From the NCBI GenBank assembly GCA_964619725.1, contig CAZUFC010000089.1:1-36956 (forward strand): a DNA stretch of 36,956 nucleotides. The letters run 5' to 3'. The DNA comes from an uncultured bacterium. Lineage in GTDB: Bacteria; CSSED10-310; CAZUFC01. Numbering within the stretch: position 1 is the first letter of the stretch; every line of letters begins with the position of its first letter. This document shows, piece by piece, positions 9,427 to 18,644 of this stretch. A program made the position numbers and the translations under genes. Below the pieces are notes generated by a model. That model had not been told where the DNA came from and made no database searches. It was given only the letters and a program-made list of their open reading frames with translations.

Positions 9427-9573
9427 GGCATTGATCAAAAATGGGACTTTTGAGGTTACAATTATTCCGAATTTCCCCCTTTAGTTGCGATTGCGATACC
9501 GACCCCGACCCCGATTATTGAAACAAACTGTCAAAAGTCTTGAAAAAAATGTAACCCCGGTTTGATCAGTCCC
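9427..9573 (+). mobile_element. MITE-like element copy 5
   Basis: Ends GGCATTGATCAAA / TTTGATCAGTCCC; closely similar to copy 3; 5 hexamers; no matching TSD. Confidence 0.8.
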
Positions 9574-9702
9574 CAATTATTATATGAAAAGTCTAACCCC
9601 CTGTTTGACCAGCCCTCAAAAAACGAACAGCGAAAGAGGGAATTCTGGACTGGCGCCGATTTGTTCGGCAGTTTGTAGAGATTCAAACCGATTATTTCAG
9701 GA

Positions 9703-10359
9703 TCAACAGAACCGGTCGGACCTGAGCGCAGGCTTATCTGCCCGGATTACGATGAATGAACCCTCACCGTAGCCTTCTTTAACGGGTTCGATTCTTTGAA
9801 TGTTTTTCATTTTTTGAAAGACGGTCTGGGCAAAGGTGAAATTTTCAAAACCTGTTTTTTTAAGCAGGGCGACGACTTCATCAACTGAGAAGAATTCTGC
9901 GGAGCGATAGAAGACATTTTCCATTTTGTATTTTTCGTAGGATTGCCCCAGCGGACTTTTTCGATCAACGAATCCGACAATGACTGAGCCGCCGGGTTTT
10001 AAGACGCGAAGCGCCTCCCGGAAGGCGCTGTCCGCGTCGTCCAGAAAACAAATCGTTGTGACCATGAGGGCGAAATCCACGGATTCATCATGCAGAGGCA
10101 GGGATTCTGCGGCGCCGTCCAGGGTTTTTATTCCTCTGGTTTCGGCTATTTTTCGCATAGCCGGCGAGGGTTCGATTCCCAGTTTGATGTTCAGAGGTCC
10201 GGCGAACCGGCCTGAACCGACTCCGATTTCCACGCCCTGTCCTTTTTCCGGCAAGAGGCGTTTGACTGCGGCCAGTTCCGATTCGTAAACCCATTTGTGT
10301 CTATCGAACCATTGTTCATATCTTTCGGTATTGTTTTCGAAAGCGTCGATTTTCGGCAT
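9703..10359 (-). CDS. Class I SAM-dependent methyltransferase (type 11)
   Basis: VEIGVGSGRF, AESLPLHDESVDFALM and EALRVLKPGG. Confidence 0.9.
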   Translation of the reverse strand: MPKIDAFENNTERYEQWFDRHKWVYESELAAVKRLLPEKGQGVEIGVGSGRFAGPLNIKLGIEPSPAMRKIAETRGIKTLDGAAESLPLHDESVDFALMVTTICFLDDADSAFREALRVLKPGGSVIVGFVDRKSPLGQSYEKYKMENVFYRSAEFFSVDEVVALLKKTGFENFTFAQTVFQKMKNIQRIEPVKEGYGEGSFIVIRADKPALRSDRFC

Positions 10360-11510
10360 TTTCGGCCTTTCTTTAAGGAGTTATCGAGATATTTTTGGAA
10401 ATTTGTATGCGCTAATGTTTCTGTTTCCGTATGAACGGAAGCTGCTGAGGAGGTTTGTTCGGGCGCCTTTTGATAGACTTTTTGCGAGAAAACGTTTTGA
10501 ACGATGAAGAGCATGAAGAAGCTGACGAAGCCGGCGATGACGGGCGTAAAAATCCAGCCTGAAGCGATCCTTCCGAGGACCCTGATTTTAATGTTTCTGC
10601 CGCCTTTGGCCAGTCCGATGCCTATGACCGCGCCGATGACGGCCTGGGAACTTGAGACTGGAACAAGCGGTATGGAGGGCAAATTATGAGCAATCAGCCA
10701 GCTTTCGAGATGCTCCGATGAGAAGAGGAATAGTACGACGGCCTGAGAGAGCACGACCAGGAGAGCGGCAATGGGAGACAGACGAAACAGGTCGCTTCCG
10801 ACCGTCATCATGACTCTTTTGGAGTATGTGAAAACTCCGATGCCGATGGCCAGCGCGCCCAGAAAGAACAGTTGTTGTTCCGGATTAAGGTTGAAGAAGC
10901 CGAAGACGTTTAGCTCTTTAATGGGAGATGCCGGAACGAAAACGCCCATGACGTTGGCGATATTATTGGCGCCGAGACTGTATGAAGCAAAAGCGCCGGC
11001 TACAAACAGTCCATATCGCGTCATCATGTCCAGTTTGAGCAGATGAATCCTGGCGTTTCTTACGACGGTTCGAGCGATCTTGTAAAGGATAAAAGCAAGT
11101 ACGGCGGCCAATATGGGACTCATGATCCAGGAACTTACGATCTTGCTCAGAGAAGTTACATCGGTCGGTGAGCCGCTGAAAAAGTTCCATCCTATGATGG
11201 CTCCTACGATGGCTTGAGACGTGGAAACAGGGAGTTTTAATTTCGTCATCCAGGCGACTGTAACGCCGGCTGCCAAAGCGACCGTGAACGATCCCGGTAA
11301 GGCATCCACCGCACCGAGTTCGCCCAGTGTCTCCGAAGCCCCGGTTCCCGCTATTACCGCTCCTGCTATGACGAATAAACTGCAGAAAACAGCGGCTGTT
11401 TCAAATCTGATCATCCGGGTTCCGACTGCGGTACCGAATACATTGGCCGCATCGTTGGCGCCCAGAGACCATCCGAGAAATAAACCGCTGAGAAGAAAAA
11501 AGAAAAACAT
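10191..11510 (-). CDS. Inorganic phosphate transporter, PiT family
   Basis: Signature motifs GANDAAN and GANNIAN, PVSTSQAIVG and PVSSSQAVIG; highly hydrophobic. The last ~56 codons overlap the downstream gene and are doubtful. Confidence 0.92.
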   Translation of the reverse strand: MFFFFLLSGLFLGWSLGANDAANVFGTAVGTRMIRFETAAVFCSLFVIAGAVIAGTGASETLGELGAVDALPGSFTVALAAGVTVAWMTKLKLPVSTSQAIVGAIIGWNFFSGSPTDVTSLSKIVSSWIMSPILAAVLAFILYKIARTVVRNARIHLLKLDMMTRYGLFVAGAFASYSLGANNIANVMGVFVPASPIKELNVFGFFNLNPEQQLFFLGALAIGIGVFTYSKRVMMTVGSDLFRLSPIAALLVVLSQAVVLFLFSSEHLESWLIAHNLPSIPLVPVSSSQAVIGAVIGIGLAKGGRNIKIRVLGRIASGWIFTPVIAGFVSFFMLFIVQNVFSQKVYQKAPEQTSSAASVHTETETLAHTNFQKYLDNSLKKGRKCRKSTLSKTIPKDMNNGSIDTNGFTNRNWPQSNASCRKKDRAWKSESVQAGSPDL

Positions 11511-11534
11511 GCCCAGGTCTGCCTTCTATTATCG

Positions 11535-12179
11535 CTATAAAGAGCGCTTTATCGCCGCTATGCTTAGTCTTTCCGCAACATTCTCCGCAATATCAGATAT
11601 GTTTTCAATCTGATCCACGAAATAACGCAAATGTATCTTGCGACTTAATCCGAACTGAGATTCATAAATCTGTCGTTTAAGATCAAGGGCGAATTTGTCT
11701 GCTTCGGTTTCGTAAAAATGAACTTTATTAATGTAGTCCCGCACCACCTTCACATCGCGGAAATAGGCCCTGGCCGCTCCCACCACGTTGTCTACAGAAT
11801 CAGCCGTCGCTTTCATCAGTTTTCGAAAAACAGCATGAAACTCCGGTTCGATGTTCGGTTTTTCAACTTCAAATTTCATCAGCACCGCTTTGGCAGAATC
11901 AATAAGACTGTCCATGTTTTCCAGTAATCCGAGAACATCGCCCCGTGATTCAGGAATAAGAGAGTGAGTATAAAGCATCGTTTCTGACTGTTTTCTGATT
12001 TGATCAGCCTTTTTTTCCATATCGCTGACGTCTTCGATTCTTTCAGCGAAACTTTTGTGATCGCACTCTATGTAGCAGAGCAGAGCCTGCTCCATCGCCA
12101 GAGCGCCCTGAATGATGATATTCAGAAATTCTTCAATTTGCGATTCAAGAGCTTTCACCTTGGTGAACGGCAATTTCAT
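11535..12179 (-). CDS. DUF47 / PhoU-like phosphate transport regulator
   Basis: EKKADQIRK...PESRGD and ETEADK...ENISDIAENVAERL repeats; directly upstream of PiT. Start moved to ATG 12179 (MKLPF), preceded by AAGGAG. Confidence 0.9.
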   Translation of the reverse strand: MKLPFTKVKALESQIEEFLNIIIQGALAMEQALLCYIECDHKSFAERIEDVSDMEKKADQIRKQSETMLYTHSLIPESRGDVLGLLENMDSLIDSAKAVLMKFEVEKPNIEPEFHAVFRKLMKATADSVDNVVGAARAYFRDVKVVRDYINKVHFYETEADKFALDLKRQIYESQFGLSRKIHLRYFVDQIENISDIAENVAERLSIAAIKRSL

Positions 12180-12477
12180 TATATCTTTTCTGCTCCTTAA
12201 AAAAGTCCGGCGATATTGCGTAATAATTCTGAACCCCTTGAGTCCATACGACCAGTTGCAGTGGGGGCCGTCAGGGGCTGGAATAAAGAATGTAAATGAA
12301 AAAAACAAGGGTTGTCAAGTTTTCATGGGTGGCTGATGAGCGCAGAGCCCAACGAACAGAGTACCGGCAGAGAACAACAGATTTCACAAAATACATGAAA
12401 TTTGAAATTCCGCGTTTTTTATATGAGAATTCAGGAGGGAAACTGAGCGGTGAAGCAAGGGAGGGTTGAGGAGCAGC

Positions 12478-13860
12478 ATGAGGAGAGCGATATACATTGT
12501 TATAGCGACGTTGGCGGCGGGCGGAATGTTTTTGTTTATATTGATGATGTCTGCAGAAGAGGAGAAGCCGAACATCCTGTTGATTTCCCTGGATACTGTA
12601 AGGGCTGACCATCTGGGATGTTACGGATATGACAGGCATACGACGCCTGCGCTGGATGCCCTGAGCAAGCAGGGGGTCCTTTTTAAAAAGCACATTGCAT
12701 CTTCATCGTGGACGTTGCCGTCTCATGCTACATTGTTTACCGGACTATATCCGCCGACTCACAGGGCGGAGACGCTGGACCATATGATGGCTCCGAAACT
12801 GCCCACAATGGCCCAATTGATCGACTCGCTGGGATACAAGACCGCCGCTTTCGTCAGCTCCGGTTACCTGGGTCCTGCATTCGGCCTGCACAGGGGATTC
12901 AACCGTTTCTACAGTTTAAAAGACGTTTTGAACAAGGGAACGGAAACGATAACGGATAAGGGGCTAGAATGGTTGAAGGAAGTAGGCGTGAAGGAAAAGG
13001 AGACGTCGAAACCTTTTTTTCTGTTCCTGCATTATCTGGATGCCCATACGCCTTATGATCCGCCTGAACCCTTCAGAGATTTTTATTACGATGAGAACTG
13101 GAAAACAGAGGGGAATGCCGGCGATGAGTCTGTCGCTTATGCGGAATTGAAGGAAAAAACGCCGCAGTTTAAGATCAAACGGGCGAACAGAATGAAAGCC
13201 TTTTATGACGGCGAAATAGCTCGTATCGACCGGGGCGTTGAGCAGATCATAGATTTTTTGAAGGAGCGGGATGTCTTTCAGAATACGTTGATGATAATAA
13301 CTTCGGACCATGGTGAGGAGTTTATAGACCACGGGTCTTTCGATCACGGACAAACTCTTTACAGCGAACAGATAGACGTGCCTCTGCTCGTAATATGGCC
13401 TGATGAGATCGAAGGAGGCAGGATAGACGGGAGTCTGACCCGGAGCGTGGATATTCTGCCGACCGTGCTTGATTTGATCGATGCGCCGCCGTATCCTGTC
13501 GTTCACGGCAGAAGTCTGAAAAAGAATATGCATGGACGAAACAAGGAGCAGGCCAGAATGGCGGTTGCCGATTTAAAGCGAAAGAAATTCGATATGACCT
13601 CCTTGTCGGACGGCCGCTACAAATATATCGTTCAATCCGGCGAGGAATCTGACGAACTTTTATTTGATATTCAGTCGGACCCCGCGGAAAGAAATAATGT
13701 TGTTGAGGAAAAAGGCGATATTGTCGAGGAATTCCGCCGGGCTTACGATCAATGGACCGATGAAATGAAGCAGTGGGGTCATGCGACCCGAAAGTCCAGG
13801 TTAACGCTGGAAGAGATAGAACAGTTGCAGGCCCTGGGATATATGCAGGATGAGGAGTGA
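12478..13860 (+). CDS. Membrane-anchored or exported sulfatase-like hydrolase (alkaline phosphatase superfamily)
   Basis: PNILLISLDTVRADHLG, SWTLPSHATLFTG, FLHYLDAHTPY and TSDHGE...HG; N-terminal hydrophobic helix. Start ATG 12478 follows GAGGAG. Confidence 0.88.
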   Translation: MRRAIYIVIATLAAGGMFLFILMMSAEEEKPNILLISLDTVRADHLGCYGYDRHTTPALDALSKQGVLFKKHIASSSWTLPSHATLFTGLYPPTHRAETLDHMMAPKLPTMAQLIDSLGYKTAAFVSSGYLGPAFGLHRGFNRFYSLKDVLNKGTETITDKGLEWLKEVGVKEKETSKPFFLFLHYLDAHTPYDPPEPFRDFYYDENWKTEGNAGDESVAYAELKEKTPQFKIKRANRMKAFYDGEIARIDRGVEQIIDFLKERDVFQNTLMIITSDHGEEFIDHGSFDHGQTLYSEQIDVPLLVIWPDEIEGGRIDGSLTRSVDILPTVLDLIDAPPYPVVHGRSLKKNMHGRNKEQARMAVADLKRKKFDMTSLSDGRYKYIVQSGEESDELLFDIQSDPAERNNVVEEKGDIVEEFRRAYDQWTDEMKQWGHATRKSRLTLEEIEQLQALGYMQDEE

Positions 13861-14073
13861 AGAGGTCAAGATCGGAAGATTGGACGATTGGGAGAATGGG
13901 AGAGCTGATAGAGCGGAATATCCTACGGGCTATGGTTGTTTATCACGGACAAGAGGATAAGAGATTTATAGAAATTTTAAGCTTGATTTGACAGGCGTAA
14001 CAATTTTTGCTTCTTTCAGGGGTTATTCAGAACAGGCAGCATGGCCGTTCCCGCGGTTTATTTGCTTGAACGC

Positions 14074-14102
14074 TTGACAGGGGCGACGAAAAATGATTTA
14101 AT
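14074..14102 (+). promoter_or_regulatory. Putative sigma70 promoter of the yceD-rpmF-plsX operon
   Basis: TTGACA-N17-TTTAAT with an extended -10 TG. Confidence 0.6.
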
Positions 14103-14140
14103 GCGCCGGTTTGTTTCGTGACGAAGGGATGGTGGGAACA

Positions 14141-14701
14141 ATGAAAATCGACATACGCAACATTGGAGAAGGCGGCAGGAAAATCGACATGCGCATTCCC
14201 CGATCCCGACTTCAAGTTAAGGATGAATTTGAAGTTACAGAGGATGTATCCGTTGAAGGAACAGTGGAGAAGGTAAACGGTGAAATAATCTGTAATTTGA
14301 ATTTTGAGACGGCGGTTTTAATGCCGTGCAGTCGGTGTTTAAGGGAAACAATAATTCAACTGGCGGAGAAATTCCGAACTGTGATCGCTCTTGAGCGGCA
14401 TTCTGAGGAAGCGGAGGAATCGGAAGAGGAAGAATTTGATGCTGCGGCTGAGGACGACCGGCATAAATTTTTGGATGGAGACAGATTGGACATAAACAGA
14501 GTGGTATTGGAACAGGTTTATCTTTCCTTGCCGATGAAGCCGTTATGCAGAGAGGATTGCCGGGGACTATGTACCGTTTGCGGCAGGAACCTTAACGAAG
14601 GCGAATGCGATTGCGATAGAACGACGGTTGATCCCCGGTTGAAAATTTTGGAAAAACTTAAAAAGAATAAGATCGACGAAAAGAAGAAAGATAATGATTA
14701 A
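14141..14701 (+). CDS. yceD: YceD / DUF177 protein
   Basis: CSRCL, LPMKPLCREDCRGLCTVCGRNLNEGECDC and DPRL; conserved position upstream of rpmF. Start taken at ATG 14141. Confidence 0.93.
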   Translation: MKIDIRNIGEGGRKIDMRIPRSRLQVKDEFEVTEDVSVEGTVEKVNGEIICNLNFETAVLMPCSRCLRETIIQLAEKFRTVIALERHSEEAEESEEEEFDAAAEDDRHKFLDGDRLDINRVVLEQVYLSLPMKPLCREDCRGLCTVCGRNLNEGECDCDRTTVDPRLKILEKLKKNKIDEKKKDND

Positions 14702-14774
14702 TTATGAATCAGGATCGCCGGCGATCGGGGCGGTCTGGTTCTGAGATAAAGGTATCCTGCAGAGGAGGAAAGCC

Positions 14775-14957
14775 ATGGCCGTACCGAAAAGACGAGTATC
14801 GAAGACAAGAAGAAATAAAAGAAGAAGTCATAAGAAACTGCGCAGACCGAATTTCACTTTGTGCACGAACTGCCGGCAACCCATGTTGCCGCACAGAGTG
14901 TGCCTGAATTGCGGATATTATAAAGGCGAGAAGCGGGTATCGGTTAAAGAGGCTTAA
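14775..14957 (+). CDS. rpmF: 50S ribosomal protein L32 (zinc-binding form)
   Basis: [23 protein letters not shown]...[22 protein letters not shown]. Confidence 0.98.
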   Translation: MAVPKRRVSKTRRNKRRSHKKLRRPNFTLCTNCRQPMLPHRVCLNCGYYKGEKRVSVKEA

Positions 14958-15023
14958 TTGCGGAGAAGGCTCGAATTCAGAATTAAACGTTGCCGGTAAG
15001 AGCGAGAACTTCGAAGTGCAATC

Positions 15024-16037
15024 GTGGAAAGTCGAACAGTCATTGCTCTTGACGGGATGGGCGGCGATAAAGCCCCAGTTGCGACGGTAAAGGCGGCTGG
15101 AGCTGCGGCGGCAATGAACGGGTTGGAGATACTGCTTGTCGGCCAGAAAAGGGTACTGAAAGAAGCGGCCCGTAAGCTCGCCGTTGATCCTTCGTCGCTG
15201 CAAATCGTCGAAGCGGAGGAAGAGATCGGGATGGACGAAGACCCTGTTCGTGCGTTCCGAAAAAAAAAGAATTCCTCCATTCATAAAGGTTTGTCCCTGG
15301 TAAAACATGGAAAGGCAGATGCTTTTCTCTCTTTCGGTCAAACCGGCGCTGTCCTGCTCGGCGCCTATTCCTTTCTGGGTCGAATAAAAGGAATCAAAAA
15401 ACCGGCGCTGGCTCAACTATTGCCGGGTTATCATCATGCATTCGTTTTGCTTGATGTGGGAGCGAGCCTGGAAGCCTCGCCGGAGCATCTCGTTAATTAT
15501 GCCCGTCTGGGCGCGAAATATGCGGGGCTGTCCTTCGACAAAAAGAATCCGTCAATCGCGTTATTGAACATCGGAGAAGAAGCGTCCAAAGGCGGGGAAG
15601 CGTTGAAGCGCGCTTCGCTATTACTGAGCCGGGATACGACATTGAATTTTATCGGCAATATCGAAGCGGACAGGATATGGAAAGGCGCTGCGGATGTAGT
15701 AGTTGCGAACGGTTTTACCGGCAATTCCATTTTAAAATGTTCCGAAGGAGTCGCAGATTTCATCCTGACTGAATTCAGGGATGCGGCAAAAAGATCGATG
15801 CTGACGAAGGCGGGTTTCTTTTTGATCAGGGCGGGAGCGGGAAGGCTCTTCAGGCAGATCGACCGCTCGAAATACGGCGCGGCCGTGCTGTTGGGAGTGC
15901 GGGGTTTATGTATGGTGGGTCACGGCAATTCAGGGGCAGGCGTGATTGAAAATGCCTTGAGGCAAATTTTGTCTCTTCGCCGAAAAAACTTAAGAGAACT
16001 CTTTGAAAGTGATTATCATCAGAAGAAGGCTCAATGA
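15024..16037 (+). CDS. plsX: Phosphate acyltransferase PlsX
   Basis: IALDGMGGDKAP, LLDVGA, LLNIGEEASKG, NFIGNIE and GFTGNSILKCSEG; follows rpmF. Confidence 0.95.
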   Translation: MESRTVIALDGMGGDKAPVATVKAAGAAAAMNGLEILLVGQKRVLKEAARKLAVDPSSLQIVEAEEEIGMDEDPVRAFRKKKNSSIHKGLSLVKHGKADAFLSFGQTGAVLLGAYSFLGRIKGIKKPALAQLLPGYHHAFVLLDVGASLEASPEHLVNYARLGAKYAGLSFDKKNPSIALLNIGEEASKGGEALKRASLLLSRDTTLNFIGNIEADRIWKGAADVVVANGFTGNSILKCSEGVADFILTEFRDAAKRSMLTKAGFFLIRAGAGRLFRQIDRSKYGAAVLLGVRGLCMVGHGNSGAGVIENALRQILSLRRKNLRELFESDYHQKKAQ

Positions 16038-16241
16038 TCAAAATACCGAGGTTTTTGGTAATAATTTTACAGTCTGCGGCTGCCGCGGATACTGCGTATC
16101 ACGGATAATGAAAGAGGGGATTCGCAAAAATTGTATTCACAGTTCGATCTGTCCCGAAACAGAGGACATAATCGGCAGCGCTTACCGGGAAAAAGATGAA
16201 ATGAAGGATTTTCAACGTCTGCGAACTCAAAAAAATAATGC

Positions 16242-16269
16242 TTTACTTTCGGTTATTCGTGATTATAAT
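16242..16269 (+). promoter_or_regulatory. Putative internal sigma70 promoter for acpP
   Basis: TTTACT-N16-TATAAT, about 55 bp before the acpP start. Confidence 0.45.
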
Positions 16270-16325
16270 GGTCAACTTGTACGAGGCAATCCTCTTACAG
16301 CAGAAGAATCTTTGGAGGTGTTTGA

Positions 16326-16571
16326 ATGAAGGACGTACAGGACAGAGTGATAGGCATTATTGTTGATTCGCTGGGGTGCAATGAATCGCAGGTCAGTCTT
16401 GATGCTGCTTTTACCGATGATCTGGGAGCGGATTCTCTGGAAATGGTTAATCTGATGATGGCATTGGAAGAGGAATTCGATATCCAGATTCCCGACGAGG
16501 ATGTAGAGAGTAAGATCGTTACGGTAAAGGATTCAGTCGAATACATTAAGAAGAGACTGGAAGAGAAGTAA
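16326..16571 (+). CDS. acpP: Acyl carrier protein
   Basis: DLGADSLE phosphopantetheine motif and ALEEEFDIQIPDED; RBS GGAGGT. Confidence 0.97.
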   Translation: MKDVQDRVIGIIVDSLGCNESQVSLDAAFTDDLGADSLEMVNLMMALEEEFDIQIPDEDVESKIVTVKDSVEYIKKRLEEK

Positions 16572-16718
16572 AAGAAAGAAGCTTACAGTATCCGGACTGA
16601 CCGAATGGAAAAATCAATAAGGAGAAAGTATTGATAAAGGCTAATGCAAGCGATCGCCGGTTTCCGCGCATAATTGAGTTCACAGGCAGGCGCTTGTTGA
16701 GAGAAGGTTGAGCCAGGA

Positions 16719-17543
16719 TTGAAAGAAATAGTCAACGCTTTATTACGTCCGTATAACGTTTTTATTTCCAGATTCAAGGCCTGCGATGAATTGGGCTTGA
16801 GTCGGGTCAAGGCTCTGAAGCAACTGGAAAAAAAGATAAATTATACTTTCAGGGACATCAGTTTGCTTAATCGTGCCGTTACGCACAGTTCTTACGCTAA
16901 TGAGAGGAAATTGCCGACCGGTCATTATGAACGATTGGAATTTCTGGGGGATGCGGTTTTAGAGCTGATCATAACCGAGTATTTGTTCAACAACCATAGT
17001 AATTTGGATGAGGGACGAATGACGGGGATGAGGGCTAAATTAGTGAACGGTGAAATGTTGTCCCGGAAAGCCGTCATGCTGGGATTAGGCGATTATCTTC
17101 TTCTGGGCAGGGGAGAAGAGATAACCGGCGGCAGGAAGAAAACGTCACTGCTTGCTGATTGTTTCGAGTCATTAATGGGCGCTTTTTACTTGGACGGAGG
17201 GATGCCTGCGGCCCGTCGTTTCATTTACAGAATTTTTGCGAAGGAATTCGGATATAAGAATTTGGAAATGATGATAAAGGACCCCAAGTCGCTTCTGCAG
17301 GAATTCGTTCAGAATCGCTATAAGCGGTTGCCGAGATATGTTATAGACCGTGTGAAGGGCCCGGAACACGACAAGGTGTATTTTGCTCAGGTAGTCGTAT
17401 GCGGCGAGACGAAAGGCAAGGGCCGGGGCAAAACGAAAAAGTCAGCCGAGCAGAATGCTGCGCTGATGGCTCTAACTCATTTCCAGGTTTTAGACCCGCA
17501 AACGATGATTTATAACGACAACGGCAATTTTTTCAGGTTTTAG
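16719..17543 (+). CDS. rnc: Ribonuclease III
   Basis: Signature ERLEFLGDAVL, ADCFESLMGAFYLDGG and a dsRBD (DPKSLLQE...GPEH...KKSAEQNAA). Start codon uncertain. Confidence 0.96.
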   Translation: MKEIVNALLRPYNVFISRFKACDELGLSRVKALKQLEKKINYTFRDISLLNRAVTHSSYANERKLPTGHYERLEFLGDAVLELIITEYLFNNHSNLDEGRMTGMRAKLVNGEMLSRKAVMLGLGDYLLLGRGEEITGGRKKTSLLADCFESLMGAFYLDGGMPAARRFIYRIFAKEFGYKNLEMMIKDPKSLLQEFVQNRYKRLPRYVIDRVKGPEHDKVYFAQVVVCGETKGKGRGKTKKSAEQNAALMALTHFQVLDPQTMIYNDNGNFFRF

Positions 17544-17603
17544 TCTGAAAATTGAACGGCGAACATTAGAAAGCGGTTCAATCTGTGCATTAGGCGGCTT
17601 CCG

Positions 17604-18644
17604 ATGAAGAAGAGACCACGAATACTGCCGTTATTTTTGCCGCATGAGGGATGTTTCCAGGCCTGCGTTTATTGCAACCAGAAACTGGCGACGGCAGCGG
17701 AACAAACGATTCTGGAGCATCCGGACCCGGAAGAACTGCGAACAATCGTAACGAAAGCGACGGCGCAGGCGGAAGACCCCCTCGAAATAGCGTTTTACGG
17801 TTGCAGCTTCAATTTTTTGCATTTCAGGGATCAAAAATGCCTGCTGGATTCGCTCGCTCCTTTTATTGAACAAGGAAGAATTGCAGGGATAAGACTGGAC
17901 GTCAGGCCGGACGGCTTAAGCGAGAAACTTCTGGACTTTTACAGGAGCCGGGGAGCAAGTGTAATTGAATTGGGCGTTCAGACGTTGAATGACGATATTT
18001 TGAAACTGATAAAGAGGGGACATACGGCGCAAGATGCGGTAAGGGCTGCCGGGCTTTTGCGAAATTCGGGCATGGTCTGGGGAATGCAGTTAATGTACGG
18101 ATTGCCGGGTGAAACGGAACAATCTCTGGAGCGGAGCATGCGCGGCGTAATAGCGCAGCAGCCGGCGTTCGTCAGAATTCATCCGACGCTGGCGCTGCCC
18201 GGCGCCGAATTGTATGATTGGACGATACAGGGAAAATATGTGCCTTTGACTCTTGATAAAGCCATAGGATTGGGCGAAAGAATACTGGACCTCTTCGCGG
18301 AGGCTGAGATACGAGTGGCTCGTTTCGGGTTTCATCTTCCGGCGGAGGTTATCGCTTCTCATGACATACGGGGACCCTTTCATCCGGCGCTGAAATCGCT
18401 CGTTCAGACCGAGAGGATGTGGAAGCGGATGCATTCTGTTCTGCTTGTCGCCGAAAAGGAATCAGGGGTAAAAAGCGATTGGATCATTCTTGTTCCGAAA
18501 GGAATGATAGATTCGGCGGTGGGCTATAAACGGAAGAATATTATGAGGATAGAAAAGAGGTTTCCGGGATTGAAAGTGCGCTTCAGGGAAAGTGAGAATA
18601 TTTCCCTCGATCACCTGGAGATATTCCGGGCCGCTATTTCATAA
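17604..18644 (+). CDS. Radical SAM protein (Elp3/HemN-like, rnc-associated type)
   Basis: CFQACVYC (CX3CX2C), RPD, IELGVQT, RGHT, QLMYGLPGE and GPFHPA. Confidence 0.88.
   Translation: MKKRPRILPLFLPHEGCFQACVYCNQKLATAAEQTILEHPDPEELRTIVTKATAQAEDPLEIAFYGCSFNFLHFRDQKCLLDSLAPFIEQGRIAGIRLDVRPDGLSEKLLDFYRSRGASVIELGVQTLNDDILKLIKRGHTAQDAVRAAGLLRNSGMVWGMQLMYGLPGETEQSLERSMRGVIAQQPAFVRIHPTLALPGAELYDWTIQGKYVPLTLDKAIGLGERILDLFAEAEIRVARFGFHLPAEVIASHDIRGPFHPALKSLVQTERMWKRMHSVLLVAEKESGVKSDWIILVPKGMIDSAVGYKRKNIMRIEKRFPGLKVRFRESENISLDHLEIFRAAIS

Noticed and set aside
2277-9573. Repeats as integron attC sites or a CRISPR array
   Set aside because: GTTACA precedes TGTAAC (opposite to RYYYAAC...GTTRRRY), one copy is inverted, two have TSDs, spacing is kilobases, and no integrase or cas gene is present.
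16003-16329. 108-aa ORF or fab remnant between plsX and acpP
   Set aside because: No FabH/D/G similarity; it overlaps both neighbours and contains the likely acpP promoter.
17604-18644. Radical SAM protein as the AmrS partner of the Memo protein
   Set aside because: Its motifs are Elp3/HemN-like and it sits in the rnc operon; it lacks the PflA-like AmrS features.
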